In this document: positions 51,783 through 62,599 of the stretch, one piece after another
Position numbering within the stretch: position 1 is the first letter of the stretch
Layout: each line of letters opens with the position of its first letter
NCBI GenBank assembly: GCA_963662275.1
Contig: OY759316.1
Coordinates: forward strand, 3,136,001-3,200,000
Direction of reading: 5' to 3'
From: Candidatus Cloacimonadales bacterium
Lineage (GTDB): Bacteria > Cloacimonadota > Cloacimonadia > Cloacimonadales > DAONDQ01
Length of the DNA stretch: 64,000 nucleotides
The notes under the pieces: model-generated
Databases searched by the model: none
What the model saw: only the letters and a program-made list of their open reading frames with translations
Told to the model about the DNA's origin: nothing
Position numbers and translations under genes: made by a program

Positions 51783-53744
51783 CTAACTCATTCTACTTTC
51801 TGCAAACAGCTCTTCTATACATAGGATGAGAGGCAGATTGTGAAGCGATTTCTCAATAAATTTGACGACTCCCAGTGGTTTCAACTGTTCAATATCATCC
51901 TGTTTGAGCGCTCCGGTAAAAGCGATAGCAGGTAAAGTATATCCTGCATTTCTAATGAATTGCATAGCTTCAATCCCATTCATGCCAATCAGTTTCATAT
52001 CAATTATGATAACATCAAAAGGGTTTTGCGATAATACTTTAATAGCATCTTCCACATTACCTGCACTTTGGAAGCAATGACCTCTTTTTGTGGAAATTCG
52101 TTCAATCAGCATACGGATACTTTCTTCATCATCCAACATCAGGATTCGTACCTTTTTATTATCCTTTTCAAGTGGTGATGTGAGTAATTTTTTAATTTGA
52201 AAGGCGATCTCAACTGAAGAAAAAGGCTTCTGGATAAAAGGAACTCCCGGATCAAGCACACCGTGTCGTTCGATAGCATTATCAGTAAATCCTGACATAA
52301 AAAGAACTTTCTGTTCCGGCAAAATACTACAAATCTTATCAGATAATTCTTTTCCATTCATCTCCGGCATAACAACATCTGTTACGATCAAGTCAGGTTT
52401 AAATCCATCCTTGATCCACCCTAAAGCTTCCATGCTATTCGTAGTATTTGTTACTTCATATCCATATTTTTCGACCATTTTCCTGACTAATTGGCAAAGA
52501 GACTCTTCGTCCTCTACAATCAATACACGTTCTCCATTTCCCATCAGATCATTCTTCAAAAAAGGTTTTTGTTCATCTTCCTTGTTTTCTTGTAAAGCTG
52601 GTAGTAATATTTTTATGGTTGTCCCTTTTCCAGGTTCACTTTCAACAATGATGCTTCCCTCGGATTGTTTTACGATTCCATACACTGTTGAAAGCCCTAG
52701 TCCAAGTCCCTTGCTTCTATCTTTTGTTGTAAAGAAAGGATCAAAAATCTTGCTTTGCAGTTCTTTATCCATACCATAGCCAGTATCAGAGACAGCTATC
52801 ATTGAATATTGTCCAGGTTTCAAGTTGTTAAAAACAGAATTGGATTCTTTATCGCTCATTACATTCATCGTTTCAATCGTAATTTTTCCACCATTCGGCA
52901 TTGCATCTTTTGCATTTACAACCAGTTTGATAATAACTTCTTCGATATGCGTAGGATCTGCGTTCACAGGTGCAAGATCAGTTGCCAGGACAGTAACAAT
53001 CTCAATGTTTTCCCCGAGCAATCGATTCAGCATGTTACTCAGATTATTCACAAGAACATTAAAATCCATTATCTTTGGTTGAATTACATGTTTGCGACTG
53101 AATGTTAATAGCTGGTGAGTCAATTCAGCAGCTTTCTTACCGGCTATGATAATTTCCTCTGCATCTTTATGAAGAGGGCTGCCGGGCTCAAGATTTGAAC
53201 TCAATTCCTCACTATATCCCAGTATTACAGTTAAGAGATTGTTAAAATCATGTGCAATCCCCCCGGCAAGCTGACTAATGGCTTCCATTTTCTGTGAAGC
53301 TGCCAATTGTGCTTCCAATGTTTTCTGAGCTGTGATATCACTCATAAGACCAACGGAACCAATGACCTTGTTATCCTTGTCTCGAATAGGTGTACCACTT
53401 ATTTTAAGCCATATCGTTTCACCGGATAATTTCTTTCCCCTAACTTCATAAGAATCTACAATTCCATCCAGTCTTGATTTGTTTTTTTCTATAATAATAT
53501 GCTTATCATCTTCGTGTATTAAGAATTGGTAACCAATTTTTCCAATTAAATCTTCTGCCTTGTAGCCGTATATATCAGCACATCTTTGATTGATGTACTG
53601 GATCACATCGTCATTATCGACATAAACAACACCTTCGCTCATGGTTTCGACAAGGAGGCGGTATTTTTCTTCACTTTCCTTCAGTGCTTGCTCTGCAGCT
53701 TTCTGTCCTGTTATATCTGACCAAGGTTTGTTTTGGTTTGCCAT
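51783..53744 (-). CDS. Cytoplasmic hybrid histidine kinase (PAS-HisKA-HATPase-REC-REC)
   Basis: GIAHDFNNLL H-box, NAKDAM, DPFFTTK, GLGLS; two receiver domains (IVEDE..DVVMP; MLDDE..DMKL). Confidence 0.93.
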   Translation of the reverse strand: MANQNKPWSDITGQKAAEQALKESEEKYRLLVETMSEGVVYVDNDDVIQYINQRCADIYGYKAEDLIGKIGYQFLIHEDDKHIIIEKNKSRLDGIVDSYEVRGKKLSGETIWLKISGTPIRDKDNKVIGSVGLMSDITAQKTLEAQLAASQKMEAISQLAGGIAHDFNNLLTVILGYSEELSSNLEPGSPLHKDAEEIIIAGKKAAELTHQLLTFSRKHVIQPKIMDFNVLVNNLSNMLNRLLGENIEIVTVLATDLAPVNADPTHIEEVIIKLVVNAKDAMPNGGKITIETMNVMSDKESNSVFNNLKPGQYSMIAVSDTGYGMDKELQSKIFDPFFTTKDRSKGLGLGLSTVYGIVKQSEGSIIVESEPGKGTTIKILLPALQENKEDEQKPFLKNDLMGNGERVLIVEDEESLCQLVRKMVEKYGYEVTNTTNSMEALGWIKDGFKPDLIVTDVVMPEMNGKELSDKICSILPEQKVLFMSGFTDNAIERHGVLDPGVPFIQKPFSSVEIAFQIKKLLTSPLEKDNKKVRILMLDDEESIRMLIERISTKRGHCFQSAGNVEDAIKVLSQNPFDVIIIDMKLIGMNGIEAMQFIRNAGYTLPAIAFTGALKQDDIEQLKPLGVVKFIEKSLHNLPLILCIEELFAESRMS

Positions 53745-53869
53745 TCAGACTCCTTAGCGACACATTTCAAATTATATGTAAGACCCTTATGCATATAATA
53801 AATTGCTTTTTTTTCGTGTCAAGAAGAATGCTTGTAAGTAGCTGATTCGGACGAACCAAAAAATATAAT

Positions 53870-54949
53870 CTATACTTTCGTTCCAGATTTCCATCGATTA
53901 ATAGCTGAAATCAAGTCTTCATAATTATATTTGGTTTTAGCTAAAAGTTCTTTGACAAGAGCTTCAGAAGTATGATGTTCCTTTTCAACTCTTGTAAGAG
54001 CTTCTTCCCTTGTTACCTGCTTTTCCCGTATAAGACGACTTAACATACCATCTGCATCATTGTATCCCAATGTTTGATAATATAAGAAATTTTTTAATAG
54101 TGCGAGATTACAATCAGATCGCCAAGTTGATGCTGCATGTTCACTTTGCACCCATTTGAATTCTTCATCAAGAGTAGTAGTAATCTCCTTTTCATCCCAA
54201 TGGATGAATTTATAATAAGGAGAAATCGAATCCATACCATTTTTTTTCATTTTTTTTGTATACTTTTCTCCGGATTGGGACATAAATTCATTATAGAAGA
54301 CAGACAGATAGTATGGATTAGACACCCATCTGAGATTCATACTAATGTGTTTAATAAATCCCATCATTAATGATGATTTCGATTTGTCGAAGGGATTTTT
54401 TAAAAAAAGTCTCATTCTATATGGATTTGATTCAAAAGGTGTACTTCCCCAAATAAATACCTTACTATTGCTTTCCTGCATCAATTCAAATATCCCTTTT
54501 CGAAGCCCATATCTGCATCCAGCACATATTCCGGTTATCATTGCAGGATCAATTCTAGAAATCCAAGTCTCAAAATTATGAACAAAAGATTTTGTGAGGT
54601 AATTGTGCTTCTTGATAATTATATCTACGTTCAATTTTTTTGCAATTTTTTTCACGTTTTCCAAAGCAGATTCGCTCATATAACCATTATCAACCGTGAG
54701 TGCAACAACTTTGAGATTAAGTACTTTACTCATGTAATATAATAGGTATGTGCTATCTCTTCCTCCGCTAAATCCTACAGCACAATCGTATTTGGAATTG
54801 TTGTTCTTTGATTTGATATAATCGACTAACTCTTTAGGGTTACGATATTGAATTTTCGGTGTCTCACAACAAAAACTACAGACTCCCTCAGCATTGAAAC
54901 TCAAGCCTAAATAATTATCAGGGAGAATACAACTGTTACATCTGTTCAT
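53870..54949 (-). CDS. PP-loop N-acetyl-sugar amidotransferase-like protein
   Basis: N-terminal CxxC..CxxC, SGGRDS PP-loop, CAGC, LIREKQVTREEAL. Confidence 0.75.
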   Translation of the reverse strand: MNRCNSCILPDNYLGLSFNAEGVCSFCCETPKIQYRNPKELVDYIKSKNNNSKYDCAVGFSGGRDSTYLLYYMSKVLNLKVVALTVDNGYMSESALENVKKIAKKLNVDIIIKKHNYLTKSFVHNFETWISRIDPAMITGICAGCRYGLRKGIFELMQESNSKVFIWGSTPFESNPYRMRLFLKNPFDKSKSSLMMGFIKHISMNLRWVSNPYYLSVFYNEFMSQSGEKYTKKMKKNGMDSISPYYKFIHWDEKEITTTLDEEFKWVQSEHAASTWRSDCNLALLKNFLYYQTLGYNDADGMLSRLIREKQVTREEALTRVEKEHHTSEALVKELLAKTKYNYEDLISAINRWKSGTKV

Positions 54950-55185
54950 ATTGTTACCTCTTATAATTTATAAAAGATATCTAATTAATTGCTTATAGCT
55001 TGACAAGTTATTTTTTAAAAATCAATAATGTCAATCCTGATAGCCTTAAAAAGCATCAATTTTGAAGAGGTTTTAATAATCCGTAGAATATCTCCTTACT
55101 ATAAGCGTGATCTCACATTTAACTGATGTTAAATACACTGGAATAATTAAGAAATATCCATAGTATCTGATTTTTCTCACATAAG

Positions 55186-55266
55186 AGCATTACGGTACCA
55201 ATACGGTAGCATTACGGTAGCATTACGGTAAAAAACCGTATTCCAACCGTAATGCTACCGTATTTC
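55186..55266. repeat. Fold-back array of 11-bp units (ATTACGGTAGC family)
   Basis: Four ATTACGGTA(G/C)C-like units followed by inverted ACCGTA(T/A)T units. Confidence 0.8.
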
Positions 55267-55506
55267 ATAAGTAATGCATTTAGTTGAACAGTAATAGCTG
55301 CTTCCAGCAAATTTTCTGCAAATGACTGGGAATTTGGATTTATCGGGATAGTATTTGCTGAGGGGCTAAAAGAATTTGTCCCTCCGCAGATGAAGAATCG
55401 GTGCTCCACATTCTGTAAAATCTTTCCTTGACTAGATTTCGTTTCTTTTTGAGTTGAAATTAACTCATATTTTGCAGAATTAAAATTATAAATAAATGGA
55501 GCCCAT

Positions 55507-57837
55507 ATGTTCAATAAAATAGGCTTAACTCTAATACTCTCAACTATGCTTGCTGTAAGTTATGCAGCTACGATCAGTGGATTTGTTACCCGTAAAGACA
55601 GTTCCGAACCAATGGAATATGTCAATATCCAGGTTCTTGAAATCCAAGCAGGAACTCAATCCAACAAAAAAGGGTATTATGTAGTTGAGATTAAAAAAAC
55701 TGGCACCTATACATTGAAAGCATCTACGATTTCATATCTCCCTATAACTCATACTTTTGAGATTAAGAACGAAGAGGATAAGGTACAATTCGATTTACCG
55801 ATGGAGAAATCATCGTACGAAATGGCGAAGACCGTCGTTACCGGAAAACGAGAAGAAGATGAAGTTAATACTCCCACAATTCATGTGGGTACGATTCGCC
55901 AAAGTACAGAAGATATCCTCAATACTGTTTCCGTCGCAGAAGCTGATGTATTCCGATCTGTCCTGACCTTACCGGGAGTCACTCCCATATCGGATTTTTC
56001 CAGCGGGCTATATGTTCGTGGAGGAAGTCCGGATCAGAACCTGATTCTTTTAGATGACATCGATGTTTATAATCCAAATCATTTTGGTGGTGTATTCAGT
56101 ACATTCAACGCAGATGCCGTGGATAAGGTTGAATTGATGAAAGGTGGGTATCCTGCGAAATATGGCGGAAGAATGTCTTCCGTCTTAGATGTAACCAATC
56201 GCCAGGGAAACAGGAATTATCACCAGGGCGTGGCAAGACTCAGTCTTATCAGCAGTAGTGCCACATTGGAAGGTCCCTGGTCTATTGGTAATGAAAAAGG
56301 TTCTTATATGGGTTCATTCCGCAGAACATATCTTGATTTATTGGAAGCATTAACAGATATAGGTTTACCTGATTATTACTTTTATGACGGACATATGAAA
56401 CTGAACTGGGATATTACAAACTATGATAAAGTAAGCACTAGCATGTATCTTGGGAAGGATAACCTGAATATGGATGTTGGCGCAAAACTTCATTTAGATT
56501 GGGGAAACAATACAGTAACCACCCAATGGATGCATGTATTTAACCCCACACTGTTTTCCCAGTTTATCCTAGCTGGTAGTCAATTTACCAGTCATTTTGT
56601 TCAATCTTCTGAAAATAGTGAATCATTCAAGCGCTTGAATGGGATTGATGATATCACCTTAAAGAATATCAGCAACTGGAAGTTAAACAACTCGAACCAG
56701 TTGGATTTCGGATTCGAACTGAAATGGAATAATACATATTTAAAACAAACCTCAGATTACCAATATGATCCAAACTCTTTACCAGATGTAGTTGTCAAAG
56801 CAGGAACATCATCCGCATTTATCCAAGATGCCTGGGATATAGATAAAAACTGGACTTTCCAACCAGGTTTACGACTCTCATGGTATAAGACGCTTGCTAT
56901 TTCCCTGGAAAGCCCACCTGATGCATCATATATGAACCTGGAACCCCGACTATCGATTCGACGTAAATTAGGTGTTACCTCCAATGTTTACGCGAGTTTC
57001 GGACAATACCACCAATACCTGACACTCATCTCCCAAGGTGAAAGTACGCCTTTTGATGTTTGGATGCCTCTTGATGGGAGCTTAAAACCAGGTTTATCCA
57101 ACCATTATATCCTGGGATTCAGAAAAGAGCTTTCCATTTACTTTGGATTTGATATTGAATTATATTATAAAACCTATCAGAATTTGTTGGAATATAATCC
57201 CGCAACAGATTATACATGGAATAATCAAACAGGGCAGTTAAAAGATATCTTCTATAATGGAAAAGGTACAACTTGGGGTAGCGATTTCATGTTGCGCAAT
57301 GAATGGAATGGATTGAAAGGATTCACGAGTTATACATTCAGTAAAACCCATCGTATCATGCCAGGAATGAATATTAATCCGGAAACTCAGGAAGCAGAAT
57401 ACTTCTATCCTAAATATGATAGGACGCATATGATCAATCTTGTCCAGAATTTCAATGTGTCTGAAAATACCGGTTGGCAATTATGGGGTTCTGATTTTAA
57501 AGTGGGATGTAATTTTTCCTATGCCACTGGTCAGCCATCTGAAATCCCCGAGAAAGTCTATTTTGATGGTCAGCAATACCAGATACTTTACAGTTACAAA
57601 GATCGGGTCAGATTACCTGCATATTGTCGTTTCGATATCAGCACAAAATATGAATGGCAGAAGAAATGGGGTTCTATTGAACCATATTTTGAAATCATCA
57701 ATGTTTTCAATCGCAAGAATGTCAGTTATAGAAATTACTATATTGTACCGGATGATAATACGGGCTATAAGTTGAAATCAGCAGATAGTACACAATTTCC
57801 GCTCGTGCCTTTCATCGGTTGTAATGTAACCTGGTAA
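55507..57837 (+). CDS. TonB-dependent receptor with N-terminal carboxypeptidase-regulatory-like domain
   Basis: Plug LPGV...VRGGSPDQNLILLD, KGGYPAKYGGRMSSVLD, C-terminal Trp. Confidence 0.93.
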   Translation: MFNKIGLTLILSTMLAVSYAATISGFVTRKDSSEPMEYVNIQVLEIQAGTQSNKKGYYVVEIKKTGTYTLKASTISYLPITHTFEIKNEEDKVQFDLPMEKSSYEMAKTVVTGKREEDEVNTPTIHVGTIRQSTEDILNTVSVAEADVFRSVLTLPGVTPISDFSSGLYVRGGSPDQNLILLDDIDVYNPNHFGGVFSTFNADAVDKVELMKGGYPAKYGGRMSSVLDVTNRQGNRNYHQGVARLSLISSSATLEGPWSIGNEKGSYMGSFRRTYLDLLEALTDIGLPDYYFYDGHMKLNWDITNYDKVSTSMYLGKDNLNMDVGAKLHLDWGNNTVTTQWMHVFNPTLFSQFILAGSQFTSHFVQSSENSESFKRLNGIDDITLKNISNWKLNNSNQLDFGFELKWNNTYLKQTSDYQYDPNSLPDVVVKAGTSSAFIQDAWDIDKNWTFQPGLRLSWYKTLAISLESPPDASYMNLEPRLSIRRKLGVTSNVYASFGQYHQYLTLISQGESTPFDVWMPLDGSLKPGLSNHYILGFRKELSIYFGFDIELYYKTYQNLLEYNPATDYTWNNQTGQLKDIFYNGKGTTWGSDFMLRNEWNGLKGFTSYTFSKTHRIMPGMNINPETQEAEYFYPKYDRTHMINLVQNFNVSENTGWQLWGSDFKVGCNFSYATGQPSEIPEKVYFDGQQYQILYSYKDRVRLPAYCRFDISTKYEWQKKWGSIEPYFEIINVFNRKNVSYRNYYIVPDDNTGYKLKSADSTQFPLVPFIGCNVTW

Positions 57838-57848
57838 ATGAGGATATC

Positions 57849-58808
57849 ATGAAATATATTTTATTACTTCTCTCCCTTTTTGTGTTGCTGCTAACCGCTT
57901 GTAGTGATTTTACCGCACCAAAACGCTATCAAGCAGATCAATACACGCTGAGTGCAATATTAGTAGCAGGATCCACGATATCATTCGACAATCCTGTCAT
58001 TATCGGGAAGAGTGTAGATTTGGATCATTTGAATTCCCCTGATATGTTCGTACATAATGCTCATGTCAGAATGACCGAAAGCTACCTTGGAACCGTAATC
58101 AATGAATTTGATCTGCAACCATTCAGTATTGTACTGCCGAATACCACCGATAGCATAACATTTTATATCGATCCTGCAGAACACGTAATACAACCAACTC
58201 ATACATATCATATCGAAGTAACTATAGATGGGTATTCAAAGACAATTAGCGCAGAAACAACCGTACCTAAAATGTCACAATTAAATACAGATTTCTATCA
58301 TTGGAATGTTCCTGGTCAAGGCTATACAACTACTCTCTCTGATACTCTTCCCGTTATCCCCTATAAACGAATAGATCTCGATTATCCTGTAGCATTGCAG
58401 GTGGATGGCATTCAGGCGGCGAATACACTGGTGGAATTGTTTTGCATGGAAGAATTTTCTGATAGTTTGGAATTTACAACCCATTTTTTTGGGCAGGTAC
58501 ACCCCCCCGAATCAATGAGATCAGACTATTACGCTTCCTCTGGAGAAACCATCAGGCGCATCAATTTCATGGCAAGATTACAGTCTGGGCAGTTTGATGA
58601 CGGTAACTATTATCTGCTTCTCCAGGATTACAAAGTGGGCTTTATCTTTTATGGCAGATATATGGTGACTGCTTATACTATTGACGATAATTACTACTAT
58701 TATAAATTTATGCCGGATGGTTACTTCCATGGAGGAGTTCAGAATGCACTGGGGTGTTTTGGCTCTAAATCCGGTGGAACCATGTATACTAAGATTGTGA
58801 AGAGCTGA
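57849..58808 (+). CDS. Lipoprotein partner of the TonB receptor (DUF4249-like)
   Basis: Lipobox LTAC; SAETTVP; GVQNALGCFGS near the C-terminus. Confidence 0.75.
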   Translation: MKYILLLLSLFVLLLTACSDFTAPKRYQADQYTLSAILVAGSTISFDNPVIIGKSVDLDHLNSPDMFVHNAHVRMTESYLGTVINEFDLQPFSIVLPNTTDSITFYIDPAEHVIQPTHTYHIEVTIDGYSKTISAETTVPKMSQLNTDFYHWNVPGQGYTTTLSDTLPVIPYKRIDLDYPVALQVDGIQAANTLVELFCMEEFSDSLEFTTHFFGQVHPPESMRSDYYASSGETIRRINFMARLQSGQFDDGNYYLLLQDYKVGFIFYGRYMVTAYTIDDNYYYYKFMPDGYFHGGVQNALGCFGSKSGGTMYTKIVKS

Positions 58809-58861
58809 TTCAGAAATAACCGCCTGAAGTCAGCGCTACAAAATAAGGATAACGACTCGAT

Positions 58862-60550
58862 TTAGATGATCTTGGTAATCATATACTTCAAGTATAGAAC
58901 TTTCTTCACTAAGGGATAGATAAAATCAGTCTGCTTAGAGACAACCACTTTATAGAGACCTAGCTGATTAACTCTCTCCGAAATGTGCATATTGATCTTA
59001 CGATAATCCACTTGTCCGGTAAAGCAATTTCGATATAGATATCTATCTCTTGCAGAACGCATCTTTTTCAGAATTCGTACTATTTTTTCAGGATACTCCA
59101 GGGATTCAATCAATTTGATGTTGGTACCCAATTCAGCACGGTAAAGCCTGGTATTCATACTTTTCACAACAATTGCTTCCGGTCTGTAGGCTACGATAGT
59201 ACTTGGTTTATCCTGTTGAAGATTGCAATAGTGGGCTAAACCATAACCGCTGCTGAAAGTCGCACGCAGGACATCGATATCTAAAAATGGAAGATATTGG
59301 TAAAGACCAAGATTCTTGGCAATCATACATATTGGACTGATCTTTTTTGCCGGAAAATAGGCATAAACAAATTGAAGAAATGCCGGATAATTCTTTTTTT
59401 TATTAATATCCTTGAATTCATGACCAAATGCTTTCGCTAAATAGCTTTCCATATTCTTTTTAAAAACAGGGTCAAAATCTCCGAAATACTGATCCATTGC
59501 TTGTGATAATGTCAGTTTATTTGACAATACATCCTGGAGTGGTTGAGAAACACATGCATCAGACAATATTCCTTTAACGAATTCGCTGCCGAAATATCCT
59601 TCAAATATGGTTGCAGGAGTAGGTATGTTCTGATAAAAATGAATATCAAGAGTAGAATCAAGCAAGCCATTTGACATGGATAAACCTTCTTGAAGCTCTG
59701 TGTCAAAATTCTCTTCAAAGGATTGAAAGGTGACATAATTGATATCAAGCTTAATCTCTTTTGCTAATTTCTCAACTTTCTGACGTTCTACATATTGTTT
59801 ATCACCCCAGCTATATATTTTTGGCTTCATCTGATATTTCAACAGACATGATAAGATAGTCCGCGAATCCGAGCCGGCAGAGAATGAAATAGCCGCATCA
59901 GATACAGCAATTTTAGCTTTTTCAAAGAATTTTTCATATGCTGTCTGAATACGCAAACTTCCTTCTAAATTAAAAAGCTCCTCATACTTGTTTTGTTCGG
60001 TAATCGTGATCTTTCCTGTTATCAAATCGTAAACCAAAGCCTGGTTCGGCAAAAATACATTAATATCCTTGAATACAGTCTTGGCACCACGTGTAGAATT
60101 AAAAAACAACATTTCATAGAAAGCTTCCAGGTCTTGATCTTTATTCAAAAGCTTGGCTAGATGATAGACATTATTGGAAATGATTATTCTATGATTATCC
60201 ATATAATAAAAATAAGGAAAAATACCCCAGTAATCAGATTTGCATAAGATTTTCTCTGGACTACCATAAACAAAACTTACATAGGGATATGCTTTTACTC
60301 TTCCTAACAAATCAGGTGCATCTATGGTTCTAATAATGTTATTCTCGAGATCAGAAAATGAAAACTGCCGCATATTATAACTAGAAGAGTGGTTAAAATC
60401 TCCATTAGAAACCTCATGCTTAGTATAGATATGACAATTAACAAACTCCCCTTTAAACTCTCTATGATGAGAATATGAAGAATCTATCTGCTCTGTTACA
60501 CAAGTCTCCACATCTTGACATACTTCCAAAATGAAATCATCATTATCCAT
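58862..60550 (-). CDS. Asparagine synthetase-like protein
   Basis: DYWGIFPYFY, PP-loop variant SAGSDSR, GYFGSE, LPFLD. Confidence 0.7.
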   Translation of the reverse strand: MDNDDFILEVCQDVETCVTEQIDSSYSHHREFKGEFVNCHIYTKHEVSNGDFNHSSSYNMRQFSFSDLENNIIRTIDAPDLLGRVKAYPYVSFVYGSPEKILCKSDYWGIFPYFYYMDNHRIIISNNVYHLAKLLNKDQDLEAFYEMLFFNSTRGAKTVFKDINVFLPNQALVYDLITGKITITEQNKYEELFNLEGSLRIQTAYEKFFEKAKIAVSDAAISFSAGSDSRTILSCLLKYQMKPKIYSWGDKQYVERQKVEKLAKEIKLDINYVTFQSFEENFDTELQEGLSMSNGLLDSTLDIHFYQNIPTPATIFEGYFGSEFVKGILSDACVSQPLQDVLSNKLTLSQAMDQYFGDFDPVFKKNMESYLAKAFGHEFKDINKKKNYPAFLQFVYAYFPAKKISPICMIAKNLGLYQYLPFLDIDVLRATFSSGYGLAHYCNLQQDKPSTIVAYRPEAIVVKSMNTRLYRAELGTNIKLIESLEYPEKIVRILKKMRSARDRYLYRNCFTGQVDYRKINMHISERVNQLGLYKVVVSKQTDFIYPLVKKVLYLKYMITKII

Positions 60551-60815
60551 ACATATTCTCCTTTGTCTCTGTATAGTGCAGCACAGAAGACAAGACTAAT
60601 CATGAAGGTAAACTGATAGTAAAAGAACGAGTAACCTCTTTGTCTTTTTTTGTCAGAAAGCAATCATGCTCACTGATTATACCTTATTTATGAAATAATT
60701 GATCGTGGCAAGAGAAATCTTCAATCTCGATACTCCTGATGATGCTGGTAAAGATAAAATTTAAGATTGTTATTGTGATAAAAAATGAATCAATCCTTTA
60801 GATAAAAAAATTATC

Positions 60816-60845
60816 TTGACTTATGAATGCTAACTATATTATCCT
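60816..60845 (+). promoter_or_regulatory. Putative sigma70 promoter of the Cys-rich/nfn operon
   Basis: TTGACT-N18-TATCCT upstream of an AAGGAG RBS; pattern match only. Confidence 0.35.
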
Positions 60846-60876
60846 AAAACTGTGAACTTGAAAAGAAGGAGTTATC

Positions 60877-61752
60877 ATGTTTAATTTTGTTTCTCTGAAA
60901 GTTAAATGCCCGCACTGTGGTGCATCCTTTACGGACGAGGAGCACCTAATCGATAATCTGCCAAGTATGAAGATTTCGGTGAAAATAGGCGGACAAAAAG
61001 GTTCTATCTGGCTCTCATCAATCTATGGAAGTTACAATATCGATTCGGATATCATTGTTAAAGAAAATGAGATTGCCGAATTCTCTTGCTCGCATTGTTC
61101 CCAACCACTAACAAGCCAGGAATTATGTTCCGTTTGCAGCGCTCCTCTAGTTGATTTCAACTTGGAAGAGGGTGGAAAAGTTAGTATTTGTTCACGTGCT
61201 GGTTGTAAAAAACACAATGTTGAATTTGAAGACCTATCAACAGCTCTTGCTCATTTCTATGAGGATTTCTCTTACCGTGGACAAAAAACGCCGGATGTGA
61301 AAGACTCTTTGAATCAGCAAACTTCAAAAGAAGATGATCAACAGGAAAATAAAGCAATCATTGAATCTGGTACATACTTGCATTCATTCTGTCCCTATTG
61401 CAGAAAAAGCCTGAATGATCATGATATGCTCAAATTGAAGATTGAAAAAGGAGACGGAGAAATTGGTTTTCTACTTCTCAGTCCCTATTTAAATGTTTTT
61501 TCTCATAAATCAACGATTCAGCTTCCAGAACAGACTTCTGTAAAAGGAGTAAAATGCTGGCATTGTGACCATAGCCTGAAAGTGGAAGAAGAACCATGCC
61601 CAAAGTGCGGTTCAGAATTGATCAGGGTTCAAGTTGCCACTTTTACGAAAATGGCTGATTTCTATATATGCTCCAAAAAAGGGTGCACCTGGCATGGATT
61701 AAGTGATGAAGATCTGAACAGTATCATTCTCGAAGATAGTGAGGAATGGTAA
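60877..61752 (+). CDS. Cys-rich protein with two copies of an 8-Cys/1-His putative metal-binding domain
   Basis: CPHC/CSHC/CSVC/CSRAGCKKH and CPYC/CWHC/CPKC/CSKKGCTWH. Confidence 0.85.
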   Translation: MFNFVSLKVKCPHCGASFTDEEHLIDNLPSMKISVKIGGQKGSIWLSSIYGSYNIDSDIIVKENEIAEFSCSHCSQPLTSQELCSVCSAPLVDFNLEEGGKVSICSRAGCKKHNVEFEDLSTALAHFYEDFSYRGQKTPDVKDSLNQQTSKEDDQQENKAIIESGTYLHSFCPYCRKSLNDHDMLKLKIEKGDGEIGFLLLSPYLNVFSHKSTIQLPEQTSVKGVKCWHCDHSLKVEEEPCPKCGSELIRVQVATFTKMADFYICSKKGCTWHGLSDEDLNSIILEDSEEW

Positions 61753-61753
61753 C

Positions 61754-62578
61754 ATGTTCGAGATTGTACGTAGAGATGAAATGGCAAAAGGTTCTATCAT
61801 TCGCTTTGATATCAGTGCTCCAGCTATCGCCAAGAAAATTAAGGCAGGACAATTTGTCATTTTACGTGTGAATGAGACAGGTGAAAGAATACCTCTAACA
61901 GTTGCTGATGTAGACCCATTTAGTGGTACGATAACACTCATCTTTCAAGTTGTTGGAAAAACGACGGCATTAATGCGGTCATTGAAGGAAGGTGGTTTTA
62001 TTCGGGATGTAGTTGGTCCATTAGGAAGACCGGCTCATATTGAGAAATTCGGTACGGTAGTCGTGATTGGTGGAGGAACAGGAATAGCCATTCTTCATCA
62101 TATCACGAAAGCACTCCAACAGGCAGGGAATAATATCCTGGGTATCATTGGTGCTCGAACGAAAGAGCTGTTGATTTTAGAACATGAGATAGCCTCGATG
62201 TGTGATGATCTTGTTATTACAACGGATGATGGAAGTTATGGTATACAGGGCTTTGTCACTGATCCCCTGAAGAAATGGCTTGATGAGAGAGACGATATCA
62301 AACTTGTCTACGCTATTGGTCCTATCATCATGATGAAAAATATATGCAATTTAACTAAAAAATACAAAATACCTACTATGGTAAGTTTAAATCCGGTCAT
62401 GATCGATGGAACAGGGATGTGTGGCGGATGCCGTGTCAATGTTGACGGCAAAACACAATTCTGTTGTGCTGACGGTCCTGATTTTGATGGTCATAAAGTC
62501 GATTTTATTGAATTGGAAAAGCGTAATTCCATGTATATCAAAGAAGAGAAAGACGCTTTGTTGTATTCTATCCGTTAA
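61754..62578 (+). CDS. nfnA: NfnA-like ferredoxin-NADP reductase small subunit (FAD, 2Fe-2S)
   Basis: GQFVILR, ERIPLT, GPLG, GGGTG, TDDGSYG, MIDGTGMCGGCRV...CADGPDF. ATG at 61754. Confidence 0.9.
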   Translation: MFEIVRRDEMAKGSIIRFDISAPAIAKKIKAGQFVILRVNETGERIPLTVADVDPFSGTITLIFQVVGKTTALMRSLKEGGFIRDVVGPLGRPAHIEKFGTVVVIGGGTGIAILHHITKALQQAGNNILGIIGARTKELLILEHEIASMCDDLVITTDDGSYGIQGFVTDPLKKWLDERDDIKLVYAIGPIIMMKNICNLTKKYKIPTMVSLNPVMIDGTGMCGGCRVNVDGKTQFCCADGPDFDGHKVDFIELEKRNSMYIKEEKDALLYSIR

Positions 62579-62599
62579 CCTTCGAATCGGAGAGTAACC

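Noticed and set aside
55212..55514. 100-aa minus-strand ORF, and similar short ORFs over repeats (6167, 18507, 36652, 40083, 42675)
   Set aside because: They run through repeat arrays or oppose real genes, and lack an RBS or recognisable motifs.
58862..60550. Lasso peptide cyclase or RiPP cluster
   Set aside because: No precursor peptide, B1/B2 protein or dedicated exporter was seen nearby.
60680..60800. Rex operator upstream of the nfn operon
   Set aside because: Only half-site matches (TTGTGA, TTATGAA) to TTGTGAA-N4-TTCACAA, in very AT-rich DNA.
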